Shown: piece after piece, positions 26,179-35,503 of the stretch
Layout: each line of letters starts with the position of its first letter
How positions within the stretch are numbered: position 1 is the stretch's first letter
Source of the DNA: a virus
Lineage: Duplodnaviria > Caudoviricetes
Virus record (IMG/VR): IMGVR_UViG_3300025930_000011
Coordinates: 475 to 64,474 of that record
DNA: 64,000 bases
Strand: one strand, 5' to 3'
Made by a program: the position numbers and the translations under genes
The notes under the pieces: model-generated
The model's database searches: none
The model's input: only the letters and a program-made list of their open reading frames with translations
What the model was told of the DNA's origin: nothing

Positions 26179-26745
26179 ATGACACGAGCAGGTTTTTTAC
26201 AATCCCTCGCGGCGGTTGCGACTGCTGCGATTTCACCGAAGGGAGAGGCGGTTCACGCGGAGGCCTCCATCACGGCTGAAGAGTTCGTTCCAGAAGGGAA
26301 GCATTTTATCCTGAGCGTCCCTGGAGCACTGAGTCTATCGGCGTATGGGCAGGTACGGCGATGCTGCGATGAGGAGTTCCCGGGCTGCAAAGTTACGATT
26401 CTATCCGGCGGTGTGCGCCTTGAAGAAGTGCGTCCGCTTGGTACCGCCGATATCGCCTCTGCTGTGGAGTCGGGCGTGAGGCGTGCGCTCGAAGCGGATC
26501 GGGCCGAGCAGGAGGCGGACAGGGCACGTGTTGCCCGAGAGTTGGCGGAAGCCGAGGAAAGGAAGCCCCTGTTCTTTTACGATGCCTTTACTCAGGGTAT
26601 TGATGCGGGAAGGTATCGAGCGGCGGGCTACCGGCTGGTGGAAGTGAGGCGTGCCGGAAAGTTGCGCGACAAGGCCGCATGGCAGGAGTGTGTGGATCGC
26701 CTCAATCGTGAGCAGCGCCTCCCGACCACGGATATCTACGCTTAA
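26179..26745 (+). CDS. hypothetical protein with Tat-like leader and portal-like internal segment
   Basis: MTRAGFLQSLAAVATAA; ILSVPGALS...FPGCKVTILSGGVRLEEV. Confidence 0.55.
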   Translation: MTRAGFLQSLAAVATAAISPKGEAVHAEASITAEEFVPEGKHFILSVPGALSLSAYGQVRRCCDEEFPGCKVTILSGGVRLEEVRPLGTADIASAVESGVRRALEADRAEQEADRARVARELAEAEERKPLFFYDAFTQGIDAGRYRAAGYRLVEVRRAGKLRDKAAWQECVDRLNREQRLPTTDIYA

Positions 26746-26748
26746 AAC

Positions 26749-27582
26749 ATGACCGCCGCGGCTCCAAATCGCTGCTATACCTCCTTCTCAGCAGATGAGA
26801 GTGCGATCCTCCTAACACAGAAGATCCAAGCTCAGGAGCCCTTCTTCTTCGTTCGGTATGGAGACGGAGCCCTGGAATGCATGGCAGGAAAATCAGGGAT
26901 GACCTGCGACCTGGAGCAGTATTCCGTGGACCTGGGTTTCCAGCTTCAATGGGCCTTCGAAACTCTGATGCGCGGGGGGCGCTGTAGCGCGCTTAATCCT
27001 GCTTGGTGTCGCGCGCCTCAGGAGCCATGTGCTAAAGGCAAAAATGACCTGCGAAAGTGCCGGATTTACCCCAAGGTGTATGTGGGAGACTGGCTTTCGG
27101 CCTCATTCGACGCAGGCTCAGAGCATGCACGGTATGCGCAGCAGTATGCTGAGCTAATCGGATCAGGTACTCCTGAATTCATTCACTTCGAAGCCCTGCT
27201 GCTAATGCGGGACTCTCGGGCGCTGCTCGACTTCTACAAGGCTGTGAAAGTGGATACCCGCCGCAAGCTCTACATGGGGCCACTTGATAATGAGTCCGCG
27301 GCGAAGATGCTTGGCGCTGAATTTATTCCTACGCCGATGCGCGATCTGTTCCGATTCTCGGAAGTCTACAGTAGGGCTCTGCTCGATCGCGAGTTCGACA
27401 TTCTGCTGTACGGCGCCGGAATGGCCGGCAATCTTCCAGTGGTCAAGTGCTGGCAGCAGTATCCAGGGAGAACGTACATCAATCTTGGCTCAGCTCTCGA
27501 TGTTCTGTTCCAGGGTCACAAGACACGAAGGCAGCAGTTGACCCCGGTTGCCGCGCGTCGGCTGTTCCAGGAGTTGCTGTAA
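26749..27582 (+). CDS. GT-D fold (DUF1792-like) glycosyltransferase
   Basis: FVRYGDG, ILLYGAG, INLGSALD. Confidence 0.7.
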   Translation: MTAAAPNRCYTSFSADESAILLTQKIQAQEPFFFVRYGDGALECMAGKSGMTCDLEQYSVDLGFQLQWAFETLMRGGRCSALNPAWCRAPQEPCAKGKNDLRKCRIYPKVYVGDWLSASFDAGSEHARYAQQYAELIGSGTPEFIHFEALLLMRDSRALLDFYKAVKVDTRRKLYMGPLDNESAAKMLGAEFIPTPMRDLFRFSEVYSRALLDREFDILLYGAGMAGNLPVVKCWQQYPGRTYINLGSALDVLFQGHKTRRQQLTPVAARRLFQELL

Positions 27583-27596
27583 AAAGGAGTATTTCC

Positions 27597-27788
27597 ATGT
27601 TTCCAGCTTTTCTCATTCAAGTTATCGTGGTGCTGATCATTGTGGGCCTGTTGTTATGGATCGTCCAGCAGATTCCAATGGATGCAGCGATTGCCCGGAT
27701 TATCCGGGTTGTGGCTGTGGTCGCGGTTTGCCTCTGGCTGATTTCAATTCTGCTCGGCTATCCTCTGGTGTATCCCGTCAGGCGCTGA
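27597..27788 (+). CDS. small two-helix membrane protein (Thivi_2564-like)
   Basis: LIIVGLLLWIVQQIPMD..I.RII.VVAVV.VCLWL. Confidence 0.75.
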   Translation: MFPAFLIQVIVVLIIVGLLLWIVQQIPMDAAIARIIRVVAVVAVCLWLISILLGYPLVYPVRR

Positions 27789-28369
27789 TGATCGACCTCA
27801 AGCAAGTAACCGCCATCATCGTCACAAAGGGAGATCGGGAGATCACTCCTGTTCTCGATTCGCTCTCTTGTTTCGGTGTGGTCTCAGCCTGGGATAACTC
27901 GCGATGCAAGGATCGAAAAGTGTTCGGGCGGTATCTTGCGGCGTTCTCAGCGTTGACGGATTTCATCTACGTGCAGGACGATGACTGCCTGGTGGACGGC
28001 GCGCGCCTCTGCCGCGAGTACGATCCAGCGTCGGGAGAACTTCTCTGCAACATGCTCAAGGGGCATCAGGCGGATTATCTGAACTGGCCTGGAGTGGCAC
28101 TGGTAGGGTGGGGCTCGATCTTCCCTCGGTCGATGGTTGACTTCTCGCCGTACCTTTCGAGGTATCCCGAAGATGAGCTGTTTTACCGGGAGTGCGACCG
28201 GGTATTCACATACTTGAACCGGAAGAAAACGCGCCTCATCGATATCGGAGTTACCCATCTTGAAATCGCCCATGGGAAAGACAGGCTCTCTTTGGACCCC
28301 CGGCATGGAAATCACATGAGAGAGATTTACCAGAGGCTTCAGGGGATCGAAAGGCAGGCGGCGGCGTGA
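27788..28369 (+). CDS. GT-A fold glycosyltransferase-like protein
   Basis: VTAIIVT, GRYLA, IYVQDDD, LVGWG, CDRVF. Confidence 0.7.
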   Translation: MIDLKQVTAIIVTKGDREITPVLDSLSCFGVVSAWDNSRCKDRKVFGRYLAAFSALTDFIYVQDDDCLVDGARLCREYDPASGELLCNMLKGHQADYLNWPGVALVGWGSIFPRSMVDFSPYLSRYPEDELFYRECDRVFTYLNRKKTRLIDIGVTHLEIAHGKDRLSLDPRHGNHMREIYQRLQGIERQAAA

Positions 28370-28674
28370 TCATCGATCTCAGGGCTCGGCGTCCCCATAC
28401 AGCGGAGGAGGCAGAGGTGATCAAGCGTGCGGAGGACAAGAATCCATGCCGGTGCTTCGTGGACGGTGTTGAGATCCAGAAAGTCTGGTATGTGGACACC
28501 GAAGCGGGAATTGTGAAGGCGGATTTTGATGCGGGTAATGGCGAGACCCTTCACGTTATGCGCTGGGATCGAGTGGCTGATCTGATTGAATCCGCTCGCA
28601 AGCAGGGCCGCGAAATATGCGACGAAGGGCAAGTTATTACTGAGATTTACCGTGGAAGGGTGGAGTTGGTTTGA
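28366..28674 (+). CDS. hypothetical protein, paralog of 5673..6047
   Basis: FVDGVEIQKVWYVDTEAGIVKA. Confidence 0.65.
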   Translation: MIIDLRARRPHTAEEAEVIKRAEDKNPCRCFVDGVEIQKVWYVDTEAGIVKADFDAGNGETLHVMRWDRVADLIESARKQGREICDEGQVITEIYRGRVELV

Positions 28675-29276
28675 AGCTGTTACTGTCCCCCCACAACGAT
28701 GACGAGGTTTTGTGGTGCGCGTACACAATTATGCGCGAGAGGCCCACGGTGTGCGTGGTATTCGATTCCTACGTGCAGCCGTCGCGTGGCCTGGGGTCGT
28801 GTATTGCGGGGCGGCGTCGACAGGAAACAATCGATGCGCTGGTGGAGTTGACCCGGGAGGAATACTGTAACGCGATGATAGCAGGCACCGAAGTCGAGCC
28901 CGACTTCCTCGGCTTCCGGGACGATGACAAATTCTCAATGGACGGCCTGGCCAGTCTGACCGCCGCGCTTCATGGGCACTATAGAAACGTTGAGCAGTTA
29001 TGGGCTCCCGCGATTGAGCAGGATGGCCACGAGCAACACAATATGGTGGGAGCCGCCGCGGATGCCGCCTTCCCGGGCCTCGTCACCCACTACCTGACGT
29101 ACACGCGGAAAGTGGATGGGAAATCGCGCAACGGTACCGAGGTCCTGCCGCGCTCAGGAGACGACATCGCACGAAAGCTCCGCGCTCTGTCCTGCTATAG
29201 GTCGCAGCTCCAGATGGACCCGCGGCTTGGGTGTTGGCCTCACTTTGTGAATGATCTCCGGGAGTACGTGATCTGA
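28671..29276 (+). CDS. PIG-L / LmbE family N-acetylhexosamine deacetylase
   Basis: LSPHNDDE, RRQE...A, GHEQH, KLRALSCYRSQL. Confidence 0.85.
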   Translation: MKLLLSPHNDDEVLWCAYTIMRERPTVCVVFDSYVQPSRGLGSCIAGRRRQETIDALVELTREEYCNAMIAGTEVEPDFLGFRDDDKFSMDGLASLTAALHGHYRNVEQLWAPAIEQDGHEQHNMVGAAADAAFPGLVTHYLTYTRKVDGKSRNGTEVLPRSGDDIARKLRALSCYRSQLQMDPRLGCWPHFVNDLREYVI

Positions 29277-30181
29277 TGACCACTTCCATTTCAGAGAAAG
29301 GAGATAGCGCGGAAGTAACGAGCCGGAGCACGGTGGGGCCGCTCCAGGCGGCCTCATCACTAGTCTCCAAATCCTCAGCATTGACCATGATCGACCTCCT
29401 TTATTTAACCTACAACCGGAAAGACTTCACTGCTGCTTCACTCAAGGCGCTGAAGCAGAATACCAACTGGTCCCTCGTCCGCAGATTCTCGGTGTACGAT
29501 GACTGCTCGATCGACGGCACGCGGGAGCTGGTGGAGCAATTTCTGAACGAGCTGCAATCCATGGAAGGAGGCGGGCCAATTTGCACCTTGACCGTAGGAA
29601 AGCTCGGCGGGCCGGTATCGGTGATGGCCGAATTCCTCCGCGAGAAGAGTGACCTCGATCTGTTCTGCAAGCTCGATTCTGACGTGATTGTGCCTCCCGG
29701 ATGGCTCGATAGCTGCCTTTCTGTGATGAAGCGGAATCCTCTGGTCGACTTGCTGGGAATCGAGCCATGGCAAAGCAGAACGCCTCCACCGTGGGCCGCC
29801 GGTGTGCGCTCCGACCTCGATCAGGATAAGCACCTGACTGCCTGGACGCAGGGGAAACCCGGCTTCGCAAAGTGTGACTCCATCGGCGGTATCGGCCTCA
29901 TGCGACGAAAAGCCTGGGAAGGCAGAGGCTCCATGACTGTGCATGGTCCCAATGGAGTAGGGGGGTTTACCGACTGGCAGGTAGCGCACCGGGATGTCGT
30001 GAAAGGGTGGGTGATTCCCCCCTTGAAGCTGTTCCTGCTGGACAGGCTGCCGATGGAGCCGTGGAAGACCTTGAGTGTCCGGTATGAGGCGAAAGGCTGG
30101 CAGCGGCCGTGGAGCCGGTATGGAGTTGATGCGGCAGAGTTGTGGGGCTGGTGGATCAATGCAGATAACGGTAAACATTAG
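29276..30181 (+). CDS. glycosyltransferase family 2 (alternative start 29387)
   Basis: LTYNR, VYDDCSIDGT, KLDSDVIVPPGWL. Confidence 0.85.
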   Translation: MTTSISEKGDSAEVTSRSTVGPLQAASSLVSKSSALTMIDLLYLTYNRKDFTAASLKALKQNTNWSLVRRFSVYDDCSIDGTRELVEQFLNELQSMEGGGPICTLTVGKLGGPVSVMAEFLREKSDLDLFCKLDSDVIVPPGWLDSCLSVMKRNPLVDLLGIEPWQSRTPPPWAAGVRSDLDQDKHLTAWTQGKPGFAKCDSIGGIGLMRRKAWEGRGSMTVHGPNGVGGFTDWQVAHRDVVKGWVIPPLKLFLLDRLPMEPWKTLSVRYEAKGWQRPWSRYGVDAAELWGWWINADNGKH

Positions 30182-30599
30182 CGGCTTGCAGGGCGTGGAG
30201 GATGCTCTCCATGATGCAGGCCCGAAGCTCGCAAAAGCGGCGCTTCGGAAGGGGCTAAGGGCCGGCGCGGACATATTCATAGCGGATGCAAAATCCCGCG
30301 CTCCCATTCTAAAAAAGCCTCATCCTCACCGGAATCCCGGAGACCTGAAAGACTCCATTGGCGCGGTGATCAAAATGTCTCCCAAGCAGGAATACGGTAC
30401 CGTGCATGTGGGGCCGAAGAGGGAGCGCGGAAAAGGTAGTGAACAGCCTGGAGTGTATGGCATGTTCGTCGAATTCGGTACCGATGATGCTGCGGCGCAA
30501 CCGTTCATGCGGCCGGCGTTTGATTCGAAGCACCAGCAGGCACAAGAGGCGTTTACGGCTGAGATGAAGGCTGGCGTGGAGGCGCTCGGTAAGAAGTGA
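30159..30599 (+). CDS. HK97 gp10-like tail completion protein
   Basis: ISGL.GV..AL, G.LKDSI, FVEFGT...AAQPFMRPAFD. Confidence 0.9.
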   Translation: MQITVNISGLQGVEDALHDAGPKLAKAALRKGLRAGADIFIADAKSRAPILKKPHPHRNPGDLKDSIGAVIKMSPKQEYGTVHVGPKRERGKGSEQPGVYGMFVEFGTDDAAAQPFMRPAFDSKHQQAQEAFTAEMKAGVEALGKK

Positions 30600-30985
30600 T
30601 TGAAGAGGGCCTCGTGAAGCTGATGATCGCGAATGCCGGAATCTCAGCGCTGGCGGTGACTCAGGGAATGCACGCGCCACTGCCCGAGAATGCGACGGTC
30701 CCCGGATGGTCGTACCAGTTTGCCTCGAATTCGGGTGACTACACCCTGGACGGAGACCGCGGCATCGACTATACCCGGGTGCAGATCAATTGCCATGGAA
30801 ACAATGCGGCGGAGGCGATCCGCCTGGCTGCCGCGATCGACTCTCTGCTCAGCGGCTATTATGGCGTGCTCACCGATTCCGATCACACCTTTCTGCAGGG
30901 CTGCTTTCAGACGAACCTCGTAGATTTTTTCAATGATGCCAGCCGGAGCTACCGGCGGGTTGTCGACTATCAACTCTGTTTCTAA
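30596..30985 (+). CDS. tail terminator (DUF3168-like)
   Basis: MIEEGL..L, RVQINC, A..LAAAI..LLSGY. Confidence 0.8.
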   Translation: MIEEGLVKLMIANAGISALAVTQGMHAPLPENATVPGWSYQFASNSGDYTLDGDRGIDYTRVQINCHGNNAAEAIRLAAAIDSLLSGYYGVLTDSDHTFLQGCFQTNLVDFFNDASRSYRRVVDYQLCF

Positions 30986-31052
30986 AGCTTCGGCTCCAGT
31001 ACTCCCGCATCAATCCCGCATTCCACAAATTTCCCATTAGGAGAAAACAGCA

Positions 31053-31514
31053 ATGGCAAAGTCTCGCGCTACCCTCGGCTATCTCGCTACTCTGGAGATC
31101 GCCCGATATAACTACTCCGACAGCCCTCCCAGCTTGGGCTCCTATTTGAAGCTGCTCGAGGTAAAGTCGATCGCCCCGAGTGATTTCACGGTCCCTGTGG
31201 TGATCGTCACACACCTCGAATCCCCCAACGCAACGGAAGAGAAAACCCCCGGCCTGATCATGCCCGGGACTCTCGACGTCTCCGGCAATTTCATCGGAGA
31301 TGAGTCTCAGCTCCTGCTGCCCGAACTGGCCCAGGGTCGCGAAGTTGTCAGCTATCGCCTGACCGCCAAAGTCGACAAGGGAACCAAGACCTATACCCAG
31401 ACTGCGGATGGGTTCGTCGGTGACTTCGCGGGTGGCCCTTTCGAGCCCAGCAAAACCAGCGAATTCAAGATGAAGATGGAAGTCGCCGGGAACATCACCT
31501 ACGAGGTCGTGTAA
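31053..31514 (+). CDS. major tail tube protein
   Basis: EVKSIAP...VTHLESP..EE..PGL..PG.L.V.GNF. Confidence 0.85.
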   Translation: MAKSRATLGYLATLEIARYNYSDSPPSLGSYLKLLEVKSIAPSDFTVPVVIVTHLESPNATEEKTPGLIMPGTLDVSGNFIGDESQLLLPELAQGREVVSYRLTAKVDKGTKTYTQTADGFVGDFAGGPFEPSKTSEFKMKMEVAGNITYEVV

Positions 31515-31523
31515 TTCATCGAT

Positions 31524-31916
31524 ATGGCGTCTCCTATCACTGAAAAACTGACCCAGAAAGTCGAGATCAAACTCGACGGCAAGACCTGGCCGCTTGTGCT
31601 CGGCACTAACGAGCTGATCGAGTGCGAGAAGTTGACGGGCCTCAATATGTTGACCGGCGAAGTCAACATCACGAAGCCCAGCATGGCCTTCGTACGGGCG
31701 GCGGTGTATGTCTGCCTTGCCCGCTGCAAAGCAAGGCACGAGGTGGACGGCAAGATGAAGCCCTACACCCTGGACGAAATAGGTTCTCTGATCCATCCCG
31801 GTAATCTCGAGACCGTGTCTCTGGGTGTGATTACGGCGTACATGGCTTCAAAGCCTGAGGACGAACCGGAGGCAGTGGAGGGCGAAGAGGAAGACCCTAC
31901 GAAGGCGGGGACCTAG
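31524..31916 (+). CDS. tail assembly chaperone (G)
   Basis: Lies between the tail tube and tape measure genes; acidic C-terminus ending EDPTKAGT. Confidence 0.8.
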   Translation: MASPITEKLTQKVEIKLDGKTWPLVLGTNELIECEKLTGLNMLTGEVNITKPSMAFVRAAVYVCLARCKARHEVDGKMKPYTLDEIGSLIHPGNLETVSLGVITAYMASKPEDEPEAVEGEEEDPTKAGT

Positions 31917-32218
31917 ACCCGCCTCAAACCTGGATAGAACTCTGGTCGATTGCCCGCTATGACCTGGGGATGTCGAGCAAAGAGTGGCTCGATAGTACTC
32001 CGCGCATGATTCAGGAGCTGATGAAGCGGCGGCTCAAGCGCATCCAGCGCGAAGAGTTCATGATGAGCACCATCGCTTCGACTGTTGCCAATTTCTCCAT
32101 CTGCCGGCCTGAGCCTCCCCTCAAGCAAGCTCACTTCATGATGAATCCGGAACCGGAGAGGCCGATTACCGGCGAAGAAATCATGGCCATCTTCGGGCAC
32201 AAGATGCCCGATAAATAA
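31895..32218 (+). CDS. tail assembly chaperone extension (T), -1 frame
   Basis: The -1 frame is open across the G stop: PYEGGDLDPPQTWIELWSIARYDLGMSSKEWLDSTPR. Confidence 0.7.
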   Translation, partial: PYEGGDLDPPQTWIELWSIARYDLGMSSKEWLDSTPRMIQELMKRRLKRIQREEFMMSTIASTVANFSICRPEPPLKQAHFMMNPEPERPITGEEIMAIFGHKMPDK

Positions 32219-32242
32219 CGCCTTTCCCAAAAGAACATCATT

Positions 32243-35200
32243 ATGTCCGTCGTAATCGGAACACTCACGATCGACCTGAAGGCGAATACCGCCTCATTTT
32301 CCCAGGGCATGGACAAGATGGCGTCTCTGTCCGCGAAAACGGCGACGGATATTTCTCGATCTCTCCAAAAGATCAGTGCGGCGGCTCTTGCCATGGGTGC
32401 GGCGGTTGTTGGCGGGACCGTCGCGCTTGTTAAAAGTGCTATCGATTCTATCGACGCGATGGGTAAACTGGCCCAGTCGACGGGCACCACGGTCGAAACT
32501 CTCTCAAGGCTTAGCTATGCCGCAAGTCTGAGCAACGCCTCTACCGAGCAGCTCGCGGTGGGACTCGAAAAACTGAGCAAGAACGCCTTCGCCGCGCAGA
32601 ACGGGAATGAGGGGCTGGCGAGAATCTTTAGCCGGCTGGGCGTGAGTATCGTCGACTCGACCGGTCATCTGCGGGACAGCGGCGTCATGATGGGGGATCT
32701 CGCTGCAAAGTTCTCGAAGATACAGGATGGAGCAGGTAAAACGGCTCTGGCTATGGAGCTGTTCGGGAAGTCGGGAGCGGGCCTCATCCCGATGCTCAAT
32801 CAGTATGGGGCGGAGCAGGCCAAAGTCAACGAGGAAGCTCATCAGTTTGGCCTGGAGGTTTCGACCAGCACCGCAGAGGTGGCCGGCGCGGCGCATGATA
32901 ACCTCGATCGCCTCAGCGGTGTGTTTAAGGGGATGGGCTATGCGCTGCTTGGGGCAACTCTGCCGGCGCTCGCCAAGCTGTCAGACAAGCTGATCGAGGT
33001 GGCAAAGGCTTCGAATATTCCGGACCTTGCGCGCTCCTTTGGCGAGCACGTTTCCTCCGCTGTAACGGCGCTTGGGGATGCGCTTCAATTCGTCACCAAG
33101 CATGCCCACGCTTTGAAGGTTGCCCTTGAAGCCCTGGTGGCGATTAAGATCGCGAGTATCGCAATCCCGGTTTTAGCTACGGCGAATTGGGCCGCGGCCG
33201 GAGCGGGGATTGAGAAATTCGTCGTCGGCCTGCTCGGGATCCAGAAGCTGCTCCCGATCATCACGAGCTTTGCCGGGACTGTTGCCGCTGCAATTCCGCT
33301 ACTTGCAGAGGCGGGCGGCGTTTCCTACGTTTTCGGAACGGCACTCGCTGCCATTGGCGGCCCGATCACGCTTGCGATTGCCGGGATCGTAGCTCTCGGC
33401 GCCACGGTCTACCACTTCCGGGATGCCTTGTTTCAGTTTGAGGGTGAAACCTATCACGTCGGAGACATCTGGTCTGCAGTCTGGATTCAGATGGAGAAGC
33501 CGATGCAATGGCTGTCTGACCGGTTCCACGCCATTGTCAATCTGATGGGTAAGGCTTGGGATGCTTTTGCGAATGGGTTGCGTACGGCGATCGTGGGGGC
33601 GATCAGTAATATCTCGCCAATCTTTGCCGCGCTGATTCCCGGGTTTGATAAAGCTTTGGCAGAGGCGAAGCGCCGGCGGGAAGCGGCGGGATTTAAGGTG
33701 AATGGCCCGCCAACACCAGGCCCGACCCAGAGTCTCGCTCCGGCAGTGACCGCGGGTCTCGGTCCCGAAAAGAAAGACGTCTACGCTGAGGCGATCGCCA
33801 AAATCAATCAGGCGATTCTCGCGCAACAGCGGTTTGCTTCTGTGCTTCACGGCACTCCGGACGCGATCTCCGGCGTGAACGTCGCGATGAAGGCAGAGGC
33901 GGAAATCCTCAAGCTGAATACCGAGCGGATGGATGCGCACCTTCCCAAGCTCACTGCGATTCAGGAGGCGACAATTCGTCAGAGGATGGCGTTTGAAGAG
34001 TCGCTTGCTGTCGTTAACGCCTATGGAAAAGAGCTGGTCTCGCAGTCCCAGGCTTCCGAACTTGCAACGATCCAGGCCCGCAAACTGGCAGCGGCGACGC
34101 TCGAGGGGGATGAGGCTCTTGAGAGAGCGGCTATCGAAAATGAGATGCTGGCCCGGACCTGGGGGAAGTCGGAGGCGGCAATTAAGGCATTGAAGCTGGA
34201 ACTCGATGATTTGAAGACTAAGCTCCAGGATGCGGCGGTAGCCCAGAAAATCCTCGCTGCTAATAACGATACGAAGAACATTCTCGAAGAAATCGCCGCG
34301 CGCGAGGGGATGGTGGCTGCCATCTTCGGCGGCGATCAGGCAATGCGAGAGGCCTCGCTCAATGCCAAAGTCTATGCGCTCGATCAGAAGATCCTGATGG
34401 AAACCGACACCCAGGTGCGGGATGCTCTGGTGCGAAAGAAGCAGGCCATTGTCGATCTGACGCACGCGGAATGGGGTGAGGCGGATGCTCAGAAAGCAGT
34501 AGCGCTCTTTTCCCCGGTGGAGCGGCTACAGAGGGAGCTTGACAGCCTGCGAGGCGCCACTGAGGCACTGAAGAAGCTCGACGGCGGAACCCTGACCTAT
34601 GGCCATGCGCTCGAGCTGGCCGCCAAGCAGCAGGAGCTGTTCAATAAGGCGATCGATGAGACGGTGGCCTCGCTGCTCAGGCAGGACTCTGCAAAGGCCG
34701 GGATGACGGCGTTCTTCCTCGATATGCAGAAACAGGCGAAAACTACGGCTTCTATCATCTACGATGCGTTGCACTCCACCTTCGAAAAGTTAGCCGACAA
34801 TCTCACGGAGCTGCTCACCGGAGGAAAGGCCGACTTCGGAAAGATGATGCAGGATATCGGCAAGCAGATGGTGAAAAGCTCGATCCAGAAAGGCCTGCAG
34901 GAAGGGATCGGGGCGATCGGGAAAGCATTCGGGGTCGACCTTGGAAGCGCGCTTGGCGGCAAGCCTGATGGTTCATCTGAGTCCTCCGCGCTGTGGGTCC
35001 GGATGGCGAGTGCGGGCGCGGGGGGCGGCGGAAGTCTCGGCGGCGCTCTAGCTTCTGCCGGCGCGGGTGGAAAGGGAATCGGTGAGGCGCTATCCGGGGC
35101 AGTTGGTAAGCTCGGCGGTGCCTTTAGCGGGATCGGTAAGGGCATCGGTTCGCTATTCGGCAAACTGTTCGGCGGCGGGGCTGGCGGCGGTGTTGACTTC

Positions 35201-35503
35201 GGAGGCTTCTATGCAACTGGCGGTTACGTCAGCCCAGGAAAAGCCTATATCGCAGGAGAAGGCGGCCGTGCGGAACTGATCACCGCCGGACCAGGCGGGG
35301 ACAGCGTCATGAGTAACGCAGTGGCACGTAGGACCTTTGGCGGTGGGGGAGTGACTCATACGGGAAATATTAACGTCGATGCCCGCGGAGCACAACAGGG
35401 CGTTGAGCAGCAGGTCTACCGGGCCATCCGGGCAGCGCATGATTCCTCGATTGCCATGTCTCTTCAGGCAAGCCAGGAGCGTATGCAAAGGGTGCCTCAA
35501 TAG
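32243..35503 (+). CDS. tape measure protein
   Basis: 1086 aa, IGTLTIDLKANTASF start, Ala-rich helical, C-terminal ATGG.V..G..YI.GE.G.AEL. Confidence 0.92.
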   Translation: MSVVIGTLTIDLKANTASFSQGMDKMASLSAKTATDISRSLQKISAAALAMGAAVVGGTVALVKSAIDSIDAMGKLAQSTGTTVETLSRLSYAASLSNASTEQLAVGLEKLSKNAFAAQNGNEGLARIFSRLGVSIVDSTGHLRDSGVMMGDLAAKFSKIQDGAGKTALAMELFGKSGAGLIPMLNQYGAEQAKVNEEAHQFGLEVSTSTAEVAGAAHDNLDRLSGVFKGMGYALLGATLPALAKLSDKLIEVAKASNIPDLARSFGEHVSSAVTALGDALQFVTKHAHALKVALEALVAIKIASIAIPVLATANWAAAGAGIEKFVVGLLGIQKLLPIITSFAGTVAAAIPLLAEAGGVSYVFGTALAAIGGPITLAIAGIVALGATVYHFRDALFQFEGETYHVGDIWSAVWIQMEKPMQWLSDRFHAIVNLMGKAWDAFANGLRTAIVGAISNISPIFAALIPGFDKALAEAKRRREAAGFKVNGPPTPGPTQSLAPAVTAGLGPEKKDVYAEAIAKINQAILAQQRFASVLHGTPDAISGVNVAMKAEAEILKLNTERMDAHLPKLTAIQEATIRQRMAFEESLAVVNAYGKELVSQSQASELATIQARKLAAATLEGDEALERAAIENEMLARTWGKSEAAIKALKLELDDLKTKLQDAAVAQKILAANNDTKNILEEIAAREGMVAAIFGGDQAMREASLNAKVYALDQKILMETDTQVRDALVRKKQAIVDLTHAEWGEADAQKAVALFSPVERLQRELDSLRGATEALKKLDGGTLTYGHALELAAKQQELFNKAIDETVASLLRQDSAKAGMTAFFLDMQKQAKTTASIIYDALHSTFEKLADNLTELLTGGKADFGKMMQDIGKQMVKSSIQKGLQEGIGAIGKAFGVDLGSALGGKPDGSSESSALWVRMASAGAGGGGSLGGALASAGAGGKGIGEALSGAVGKLGGAFSGIGKGIGSLFGKLFGGGAGGGVDFGGFYATGGYVSPGKAYIAGEGGRAELITAGPGGDSVMSNAVARRTFGGGGVTHTGNINVDARGAQQGVEQQVYRAIRAAHDSSIAMSLQASQERMQRVPQ

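Noticed and set aside
20699-30181. DNA hypermodification (glycosylated base) pathway
   Set aside because: No hydroxymethylase, TET/JBP, nucleotide kinase or DNA polymerase gene recognised, and the cluster lies in the late structural operon; disfavoured but not formally excluded
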